DNA from: Octopus bimaculoides | Taxonomy: Eukaryota | Assembly: GCF_001194135.2 (NCBI RefSeq) | Contig: NC_068986.1 | Location: 95,120,545 to 95,160,213, forward strand | DNA: 39,669 nucleotides | Direction of reading: 5' to 3' | Shown here: positions 10,863 through 21,068 of the stretch, one piece after another | Layout: every line of letters begins with the position of its first letter | Numbering within the stretch: position 1 is the stretch's first letter | Notes under the pieces: generated by a model | Seen by the model: the letters and a program-made list of their open reading frames with translations, nothing else | The model's database searches: none | Told to the model about the DNA's origin: nothing | Made by a program: the position numbers and the translations under genes

Positions 10863-13204
10863 ATGTCGTCAGTATAGTGTTAGTAAAGCGAAAGTCTCAA
10901 GTAAATCTGACGTTACGTTAGAATGGTAAAATAACCAAGGAAAATCTGGAGAGACTTTTTTTTTTAAAGCAATGGGGAGGTTAGAATTTCCAATATTATA
11001 TCAAAGATCTATGGCGGCGAGATGGCAAAATCGTTAGAACGCCGGGCAAAATGTTCAGCGGCATTTCGTCCGTCTTTACGTTCTGAATTGAAATTCCTCC
11101 GAAGCCGACTATGCTTTTCATCCTTCAAAAGTCGATTTAAAAAGTACCAACTGAACACTAGGGTCAATGAATTAAGTATCAGTTGAACACTGGGGTCGAT
11201 GTAATCGACTAACCACCACTACCAACACCCGGAATTTCTGACCTTGTGCCAAAATTTGTAACCAATATTATATCAAAGACTATATTCACAATGTTGGCAG
11301 CGGAACTCCTAATATAATTTAATTAAAAATTCGTGAGATTTACGTTCAGCTAATAAACTGAAATTAAATATCTATTCAGAAGGTAACAATCTCTCTGACT
11401 AAACAGGTTACAACACCCAAGAAGTTTTAGGGCCAAAACATTCCATAAGGGTAGGGGGCTTCTTATTTGAAGACCTTTTAGTATTTATTTCTCCCTTAGA
11501 TTTCATTACTACCTTTATAAGGACAAAGAATGGCTTAAAATAAAACAATTCATGCCTTGGGAGTGGTCAACAGATAAGAACTAGGTGGTAAAACTCGCAA
11601 AATTTTTACGGATGTACGCTTAGTATAGAACTCGATGAACTGCTAGTTATTGTATTAAGATGTTAGAGACCAAAATATTTAACTGCAATGTAATTGCCCG
11701 ATGATAATCGGATGAAAACTCAGAATAGTTTTATCTGCAGCTAAATAAGAAGGAAGCTAATAATAAATCAAAGTATACAATCGCTAATCGAGGCCTCCAG
11801 TTAAAGCTAAGCGTGTTGTGTTAAAATTGTGAGTTACTGGAAAACATGAATAGATTATGTTATCATTATATGAAAGAAGATATTATCTTATCTAAGATAA
11901 TTTAACATACACGATTTATATCACCCTTTCTTTGGTTGATCAACATGATGGGTGGATTTCTGTTGAAGTTGTCATTATTCGGTTGCTTAGCGACAAGGAG
12001 CTCAATTCGATCCTGTGTTCCAAATTATGCAGTAGTTGTTGCACCAGAATGGTTTATACCGTCCAAGGCGCTCCATCTTGTTTTACGAAAATCTTAGGCG
12101 AGATTGTTGTTTAAAATAAAGCTGATTTATGTTGCGTAGTTTATCAGGTATAGGTTGGCAGTTTTATCGGAATGCACCTGGATTTTATTAGATTCACAAA
12201 CACTATTAATCTTCTTTCGAAATTCCCGATAACGTAATTCTTAAATCGAATAATCCTGATCAGATCAAATAGATCATCCACAATATTGTTGAGAAGAGGG
12301 TTTACTGTCTGCTTTTATATGTTCTAAACATGAATTTATCGTTATCAAATTGTTACTTTAGTTCTCAGCGGTCAAAATAGTATGTAGCTATTTAATATTT
12401 TTAACGGACATATCAGTTTCCCGTAGGACTCGAAAAATTTCTTCCTGCATCTTATAGCAATATTCTTCGTAAATATCCCAATATGCTGCAGCTTATGCAT
12501 ATCGAGATTATGATCAAACAGACTCAACAGCTATAAGAGCGAATATTTTTGCTTTCGTTTCAGCCTAACTTTTCCTCCTTTTTCATCAAATCCTTCACCT
12601 TCACTTCTGTCCCTCTGTCTGCTTTTAATAAACTATCTTCTTCGCTCGTTACTGTCATTTGTTTTAATATTAAAATACATGTAGTGGAGGTGCATGGCTT
12701 AGCTGTTAGGGTGTTTAGCTCGCGCGTGATTTCTACTCTCGGACCGGGCGATGTGTCGTGTTCTTGAACAAAACTCTTTATTTCACATTGTTCCGGTCCA
12801 CTCAGACGTACATGAATTCCAGTAATAGCTGGGAAGTTCACCCTTCGCCGGACCGGCGTCCCATTCGGTGGTGGGGCACAGTATTGCAACCTCAGTCACC
12901 TATACCCCCAGGGAAACCGAGTTAGGCTTCGGCCTTGTGAGTTCTAAATCTAGGTCTAAATGCTAATATAAAAGTCATTGTTTTATCATTCATTCACTCT
13001 TATTCTGGGAGAGATATACACAGATGTATTGAAACAGACGTACTGTTGATGGATAATACATACGTACCTCATAAATAACAGATTTTGACTCTACATATAT
13101 GATATATTACTTCTTACGAGTGATGGTCTACATGATACGAGCTCCAAGCTAATAATGCAAACAGACGGACAGACACACAGACACACAGATAGATAGATAA
13201 GTTT

Positions 13205-14828
13205 CTTTTATTATCCACACAGGGCTGCACACAGAGGGGACAAATACAACTGTAGAGCTTTTCTTTAAAAAAAAAAAAAAATCCGATCAAAACGGATCGG
13301 TAGGGGCAAAAAAAATGGGGGTATCGTATATCACAGAAAATGTCAATTGTGTAAAATGGGGTAACATTAGGTTTATCCATGGAGAGAAAAGCCTACGGAA
13401 AAGACCATGGTAACCTCAGCAGGGAATAGACACATGAGAGCGAAGTGCTCTCTCTCTCTTTTTTTTTTAATTTTTTTTTCGATTTATAGGATCATGCTCA
13501 AAGAGGTATCGTCACTCGCACGCACCATCTTTGCTACATTCACCCACCTTTTAATGAAACTTTCACGAGACAAAAACTGTCTCTCTATTNNNNNNNNNNN
13601 NNNNNNNNNNNNNNNNNNNNNNNNNNNNNNNNNNNNNNNNNNNNNNNNNNNNNNNNNNNNNNNNNNNNNNNNNNNNNNNNNNNNNNNNNNNNNNNNNNNN
13701 NNNNNNNNNNNNNNNNNNNNNNNNNNNNNNNNNNNNNNNNNNNNNNNNNNNNNNNNNNNNNNNNNNNNNNNNNNNNNNNNNNNNNNNNNNNNNNNNNNNN
13801 NNNNNNNNNNNNNNNNNNNNNNNNNNNNNNNNNNNNNNNNNNNNNNNNNNNNNNNNNNNNNNNNNNNNNNNNNNNNNNNNNNNNNNNNNNNNNNNNNNNN
13901 NNNNNNNNNNNNNNNNNNNNNNNNNNNNNNNNNNNNNNNNNNNNNNNNNNNNNNNNNNNNNNNNNNNNNNNNNNNNNNNNNNNNNNNNNNNNNNNNNNNN
14001 NNNNNNNNNNNNNNNNNNNNNNNNNNNNNNNNNNNNNNNNNNNNNNNNNNNNNNNNNNNNNNNNNNNNNNNNNNNNNNNNNNNNNNNNNNNNNNNNNNNN
14101 NNNNNNNNNNNNNNNNNNNNNNNNNNNNNNNNNNNNNNNNNNNNNNNNNNNNNNNNNNNNNNNNNNNNNNNNNNNNNNNNNNNNNNNNNNNNNNNNNNNN
14201 NNNNNNNNNNNNNNNNNNNNNNNNNNNNNNNNNNNNNNNNNNNNNNNNNNNNNNNNNNNNNNNNNNNNNNNNNNNNNNNNNNNNNNNNNNNNNNNNAGTC
14301 TCAGCGCATGTCTGCGCATCATCAACCACGGCATACCCAGCCCTCCATTTAGCGGCTGTTGACAGCAAATGGATCGCCTCACCATCGGAACGCTTCCTTT
14401 CCACAAGAAGCGGAAGAGTATGCGTTCCAGTTTGGTGATGGTAGGGTCGGGACAAGGCACGACAGTCAGACGGTATTCGATGACGGATGCAATGTACGCG
14501 TTCGCCACCTCCGCCCGACCTTTTAGGGATAGCTTCCTCTCGGCCCATTGCCGGGTGAGAGTGACCACCCTAGTCGTTATTTCGCCCCAGTTCTTCTCCA
14601 TTTGGAGGTCCGGACCGAACCAGACTTCGAGCAATTTAACCGGCCCGTCTGTTCAGCGTCCCACAGTGGAGACGCTGTTAGACGGTATGGGCTTGCTTCT
14701 CCAGGTGCCGAGCCGCAAGCCCACTGACTTATCTCGGTTAATTTTTGCTCCCGTTACCGCTTCGTATTCTTTTAGTCTCTCGCCGACCAGCTCGATGTGC
14801 TTTTGGCTCGACACTATGACGGTGACGT
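13205..14828 (-). mobile_element. Tx1/L1-clade LINE ORF2 (late RT domains and C-terminus) plus 3'UTR, split by gaps
   Basis: VTVIVSS..YEAVTGAKINRDKS, WAERKLSLKGR..YIASVIEY..LFRFLWKG..PLNGGLGMP. C-terminus ..SFIKRWVNV..SMIL* ends at 13484. One internal TGA. Confidence 0.9.
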
Positions 14829-15820
14829 NNNNNNNNNNNNNNNNNNNNNNNNNNNNNNNNNNNNNNNNNNNNNNNNNNNNNNNNNNNNNNNNNNNNNNNN
14901 NNNNNNNNNNNNNNNNNNNNNNNNNNNNNNNNNNNNNNNNNNNNNNNNNNNNNNNNNNNNNNNNNNNNNNNNNNNNNNNNNNNNNNNNNNNNNNNNNNNN
15001 NNNNNNNNNNNNNNNNNNNNNNNNNNNNNNNNNNNNNNNNNNNNNNNNNNNNNNNNNNNNNNNNNNNNNNNNNNNNNNNNNNNNNNNNNNNNNNNNNNNN
15101 NNNNNNNNNNNNNNNNNNNNNNNNNNNNNNNNNNNNNNNNNNNNNNNNNNNNNNNNNNNNNNNNNNNNNNNNNNNNNNNNNNNNNNNNNNNNNNNNNNNN
15201 NNNNNNNNNNNNNNNNNNNNNNNNNNNNNNNNNNNNNNNNNNNNNNNNNNNNNNNNNNNNNNNNNNNNNNNNNNNNNNNNNNNNNNNNNNNNNNNNNNNN
15301 NNNNNNNNNNNNNNNNNNNNNNNNNNNNNNNNNNNNNNNNNNNNNNNNNNNNNNNNNNNNNNNNNNNNNNNNNNNNNNNNNNNNNNNNNNNNNNNNNNNN
15401 NNNNNNNNNNNNNNNNNNNNNNNNNNNNNNNNNNNNNNNNNNNNNNNNNNNNNNNNNNNNNNNNNNNNNNNNNNNNNNNNNNNNNNNNNNNNNNNNNNNN
15501 NNNNNNNNNNNNNNNNNNNNNNNNNNNNNNNNNNNNNNNNNNNNNNNNNNNNNNNNNNNNNNNNNNNNNNNNNNNNNNNNNNNNNNNNNNNNNNNNNNNN
15601 NNNNNNNNNNNNNNNNNNNNNNNNNNNNNNNNNNNNNNNNNNNNNNNNNNNNNNNNNNNNNNNNNNNNNNNNNNNNNNNNNNNNNNNNNNNNNNNNNNNN
15701 NNNNNNNNNNNNNNNNNNNNNNNNNNNNNNNNNNNNNNNNNNNNNNNNNNNNNNNNNNNNNNNNNNNNNNNNNNNNNNNNNNNNNNNNNNNNNNNNNNNN
15801 NNNNNNNNNNNNNNNNNNNN

Positions 15821-15854
<34 letters not shown>

Positions 15855-15862
15855 GGACAGAC

Positions 15863-15997
<135 letters not shown>

Positions 15998-16090
15998 GAG
16001 ATAGATATGTCCGAGAGATGTATGAAGCTGGTAGATAACTCCGTCGCTACTTAAAGTTTCACAATCTAGCTCAATCATTCAGATGACAAC

Positions 16091-16163
16091 ATGAAGTGAG
16101 AGCCAAAACGATATGCCTTAGGTTTCGTTTTATTTTATTGCTTTAAAAATCACATCTCAATGG
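16091..16163 (+). other. Candidate first (signal-peptide-like) CA exon, interrupted by an in-frame TGA
   Basis: ATG AAG TGA GAG CCA AAA CGA TAT GCC TTA GGT TTC GTT TTA TTT TAT TGC ... ATG G|GTAAAT reads MK*EPKRYALGFVLFYCFKNHISM. The phase-1 donor is compatible with 17329. Inr-like TCATTC at 16075-16080 and TTAAAG about 26 nt upstream. Speculative. Confidence 0.25.
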
Positions 16164-16605
16164 GTAAATTCCGTGTAACAAGTAGCGAAGAAATGATTTA
16201 CCAGTTTTGTATTAATGAATACTCTCCTTAGACACAACAAAATATTAATGAATAATTATACTCTATGACATGTATGCAGAGTACTCTTTCGTTTGTAAAG
16301 CAATAAGAAAATGCGAGCGCGCGTATTTGTGTGTGTGTGTGTGTGTGTGCGCGTGCGTGTGTGTGTGCGTGTGTGTTAAAAGTTGAACAATTTATTTGTA
16401 TACTGCTATTTAAGTTGCATGACATATAACCAGTGTTTAGATCTCCATTGTGCATCGTTATATATCAAAAGAGAAAAATGTGAAAAGAACTGATGTGCTA
16501 CAGTCCAATTTTCCTTTTACTTATCTCAGTAGTAAGAAAGATCACAGAATAAAAAGCAAGAGATCGGTGATATTGGTTCATGAATTATCTAATTATATCT
16601 TGAAG

Positions 16606-16635
16606 ATTATGACCGAACTATGCAATTAGTGCCAG
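16606..16635 (+). other. Possible additional 30-nt phase 1-1 microexon (D)YDRTMQLVP(G), or an alternative start MQLVPG
   Basis: tctaat..ttgaAG| acceptor and strong CCAG|GTAAGT donor, open and in frame with 17329. No CA motif, and it may be part of the adjacent repeat. Confidence 0.25.
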
Positions 16636-16656
16636 GTAAGTTCAGAATCATACAGA

Positions 16657-16742
16657 ATCTCTGATGAAGTGAAGATCTAGAAACCTTACCTGGTCCAGAT
16701 TGCGTAATTCAACCTTAATCTTCACAGAAACACGTGTAAGAT
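16657..16742 (+). ncRNA. Type I hammerhead ribozyme motif with perfect stem II and palindromic stem III
   Basis: ATCT(16657-60) CTGATGA(61-67) A GTGAAGAT(69-76) 41-nt loop ATCTTCAC(16718-25) A GAA AC ACGT GT A AGAT(39-42). Predicted cleavage after 16738. Confidence 0.88.
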
Positions 16743-17293
16743 AATGTAATTAAATAAGTTATGAATCAGCTCTGTCTTGATTTTTCTGTTGTATGTATGC
16801 ATTTATATATTCATCCGTTTGTATGTGACTGTGATGAGCAAAGGCAATCATCATCATTATTATGATTTCATTTGTAAGTTGTCTTTTCACCTATTTCCTC
16901 AAATATCATTATTTATTAATATTATGAGTTGTTTTTTTTTGTTTATGTTATCAGTATAATTGTCACTACTGTTTTCTTTTTTTCATTCTTTATTTGTTTG
17001 TTATAACATTGGAACAAAGCCACAAACTTAAACAGTGTACAAGAACAATTATTGATACTATAATAACTGATATTTATTTTATCAACTTCTTTAAGATGAA
17101 AAGCAAAAGTAAACGGTAGGAATCGAATTCACACGGCAAGTGTACGCCACAAGATACGAGAAAACTATTTCTCCGTCTCGTTGGATATCCCATCTATCCA
17201 CGCTACTGATCTTGATACTTATAATATAACCATCAGGTGAAACGGTTTCTTTTGAATATAGCTTGAATTTGAAATAGCTTTCATTCAATAACT

Positions 17294-17324
<31 letters not shown>

Positions 17325-17328
17325 CAAG

Positions 17329-17355
17329 GTAGTTGGTCATACTTGGAACCTGGAG
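17329..17355 (+). CDS. CA: Alpha-carbonic anhydrase, 27-nt microexon encoding (G)SWSYLEPG(G)
   Basis: Acceptor ...tttatttattcaAG|, exon GT AGT TGG TCA TAC TTG GAA CCT GGA G, donor |GTAAGT, phase 1-1. Spliced to 24351 it gives W-S-Y-(8 aa)-W, the same spacing as W5/Y7/W16 in human CA II. Confidence 0.85.
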
Positions 17356-18697
17356 GTAAGTCGAATTCTTTTATTTTTTGATTGTCATTGGCTGTTGTTA
17401 CCGTTGTTTCTGAAATAGTTGTTGTTTCGATGTTGGCTATCTCTGATTGAACAGACTTATTCTAAAAGGCATTCTATCCACGACCATCTCGGCTTTCTTT
17501 CAATTGTTGTATACCTATGACTCCATTAAACAACGTGACCTTTATCGTTTAAGACAATACGATGTGATTTGAGAAATATTTGGTTGCTTTTTCTAGCAGG
17601 TCAAGAGATCATGTAAAACACCTCCTCATTGTTATTTCAAGCCATCATTGGTTGTCACTGCTATTGTATACTCCTGGCGTGCTCCCGGTGTGCTCTCTCT
17701 CTTTGGTATCGAGCTAAATGGTCAGACGTTGGCATATAAACGCATAGAACAACAATACTAATCTGCTGATTGTTGTTGTAGTTGTGTTATGGATCTTGTT
17801 AAATTTCTTCCAGCCACTTGAAGTCTTTCAAATTTTCGCCAGATTATTATTTATTATTTTTTAACTTATTATTAATTTCTAGCAAAAATGAATGCGCTTT
17901 TCGTCATCAACGTGCAAAACTACACCAAACTATACTCTTTTTACTCTTTTTACTCTTTTACTTGTTTCAGTCATTTGACTGCGGCCATGCTGAAGCACCG
18001 CCTTTAGTCGAGCAAATCGAAANNNNNNNNNNATATATATATATACGACGGGCATCTTTCAGTTTCCGTCTACCAAATCCACTCACAAGGCTTTGGTCGG
18101 CCCGAGGCTATAGTTGAAGACACCCGAGGTGCCACGCAGTGGGACTGAACCCGGAACTATGTGGATCATAAGCAAGCTACTTACCACACAGCCACACCTA
18201 AGCCTATATATATATTTTTTTTTTAATAACCTGGTGAAAATTTAGAATACTTCAAATGGTTGGGAGAAATTTAACAAAAACAGTTGTTACTAGTGTTGTT
18301 GTTGTCGTTGTTGCTGTCTAAATGCATTCCAGCTGTAAACGTTTCAATTTTGTTTCGGGATTTTTTTAGAAAGTTTTTGGAGACATTAAGATCTCATAAA
18401 ACAATGCGTCGTTCCGTTTTAATTAGACTGTGACATGAGGGCGATTCGGCTGCTGTTTTAGCACAACAAGCTACATTTTACAATGGCTTGTTATTTTTCT
18501 TGTCGATGAATTCATAACTAACCCTGTCAATGCAAGCATACGGTACATAATAATTAGCCATCCCAACATCTGCGCAGTGCAAACACGTATCACCTACAGA
18601 CTTAACCCAACTATGTCACTGATTGATGTTGCCTGTTCATAGTTGAGTTTGACCTGTATTTTAGTGTTGTCTAGGTTCACTATTAGGTAACTGAGGT

Positions 18698-18733
<36 letters not shown>

Positions 18734-19889
18734 CAGCAGCAGCAGTTCTTGTTTTTATTTAGCGCTAGATCAAGCGCTGACCACCACGTCTTTTTTGGGA
18801 TTCTAAAAGTTATATTCTCTAGCATGTCATATATTTTCTTTAGGTGGTAGTGTATTTTCACTGCTCTTTCTAGCAATTCGAAAGATTATGTGTTAGCTCT
18901 ATTGCTCGCTTCGCTTATGAGTCTTCGTGGTTTATTTCCGGTTACGAAAAGTGTCATCGCTAATTGAGTTATACCTTTCAAGTATCGCTAACTGAATAAT
19001 GTCGTGAGGGACACAACATGGCCTTTATACAAAAAGTTAGAATGTTCTCTAACATTTTGTATAGAGACACACAGGCATTGCACAGTTTTTGCGTTTGATT
19101 ACATATATTGTGGTGGGGGTTTCACCCACACTAACATATCAAGAATGGTGATGTTGCTGCTACACGGAAACAGCCTAGACTGCATCCATAACAAGACCAT
19201 TTAATTAACTGACTAGTAAAGTAACGATAGTGAATGGATCACGATCAGTTTCTACGATGAGGATTTAGCTGTTCCAGCAGCTGAATTAATATGTAAACGG
19301 CTGAGTATTCCACAGATATGTGCACCATTAATATTATCTTCGTGGGGCATCAGCGTGATATATTGTGAGACAATGCGGTATCTATGAATTACAGGTAGAA
19401 TACGCTTGGCGTAATTTGACACGGTTGACTTTTATCAGAATTCGCCGATCGATTCGAGTCTACGGTAAAAGAAACAAGACGAACATGCCACCAGTGAGAT
19501 CGAACCCGAAACCATATGATTACGAAATGAACAACTTAATCATTCGGCCACACTGCGTCACAACCACACATACATATTCACTAACACACTGACGCGTACA
19601 CACTTAAACACGCATTCACAATTTGTCTTCAGTATTAATCCATCTTCATTCAAGTCAGTTGATCTAAGTCAATTTATTCCCACACCTATTGTAATGAGCG
19701 TGTGTATAATACTAAAGACAGAAATCAATACATCTACAAATATATTATCTATGCGGCCAACGTCTTTGTATCTGAAGTAGTGGAACCAAATTAATATCCC
19801 TATCAATATATATATATAGATATAGATATAGATATATATATATATATATATTGAGTGTATATATTGTATATATATATATATATATATAT

Positions 19890-20090
19890 AGGAGAATTTA
19901 CGAAAAAAACAGCAGACGAAGACATGTGGTGTAAACAACAAATGGATGTATTAGTTTAACGCTCGGGAATAGAGAAAGTCTTTGACGTTTGGAGCCTACA
20001 CTTTTCAACTGAAAGTAACACGGAAAGAAAAAAGGAGAAACAAGGAGAAAAAATATATAAATTTAGTGATCAGCGATCTATCATGGCGAA
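19890..20090 (-). mobile_element. Solo, degenerate LTR of the same Penelope-like family as 23278-23400
   Basis: Shares aaagtctttgacgttt..gagcctac..agcgatctatcatgg with 23281-23392. Its hammerhead core is mutated. Confidence 0.7.
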
Positions 20091-20102
20091 TCACACACAC
20101 AT

Positions 20103-20133
<31 letters not shown>

Positions 20134-20999
20134 ATTACAGCTGGTAATTTTTAAATCTTTTTATAGTAAAATTGAGAATCTGTGGAAAGTAAGGACAGTC
20201 TGCACTGGCTGTTATCATTCCAAGAAGTGTGGTTATTGAATTATCAATGGAATCTCTGTGTAATTTAATTAACTCGTAAACATTTCTCTTCCTTGATGAA
20301 GGTTACAGTTTCGAAACGTCATCAAATATTTTTCACTTCCTTCACGATATCTATATTTGTTTTAACTCCACACAGCTTTTTTCCCAGTGTTCTTGTGTTC
20401 TTTGTGTGAACTTTTACATTTCCAACGTTTCCGATCAGTGTTTCTTCTAGAATTGATCGAATCCTCCTTTATATATTTTGTCGTTGTTGTAGTTCAGACT
20501 CATGTCATCCCTACATGTCATCCCTACATGTCATCCCTTGGTCACAGGCGTTCCGGCTGTGACCATCTGCTTTTTTTGCTGCATGGTCACAGACGGAATA
20601 TCTTTGTACAGGAAACCCTGGACTATATTACCCAATGTGTTTTTTTCAAGAATAGTTGATCACAATTTGCAAGAGAGTTGGTTGTTTCTAGCAGATCGAG
20701 CAACCACCTAGAAGCTCTCTCCTGGTTCGCTCTTTAAAGATGTATCTCTAAAAGAGGCGCCGACGAGAGCACTGATGTTGGATTAGTTCCAAAGAGAATA
20801 TCTGTGGTAGCGGAGCCTGGAGGGAGTAATCCTATAAAGGTCTTATTTTGCTGAAAGACATTTAATCTTCCATTATTTCTGAATCTTCTTCCCTGTATTT
20901 AATTTTGCCTTGTTGTTTCATTAGTTAGGCTATTGCTGCCTTGTTAAACTGCACTCTCATTACGGTATCTCTGTTCTCTGATTGACAGTCTTTATATGT

Positions 21000-21068
<69 letters not shown>

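Noticed and set aside
11930-12200. Minus-strand QDGAP (Tc1-like DDE motif) and a plus-strand signal-like ORF MMGGFLLKLSLFGCLA
   Set aside because: The motif is isolated among stops, and the plus ORF has no credible phase-1 donor to reach the CA exons.
18675-18686. 12-nt phase 1-1 microexon (tctAG|GTTCACTATTAG|GTAACT)
   Set aside because: Including it would break the exact Y-(8)-W spacing already given by joining 17355 to 24351.
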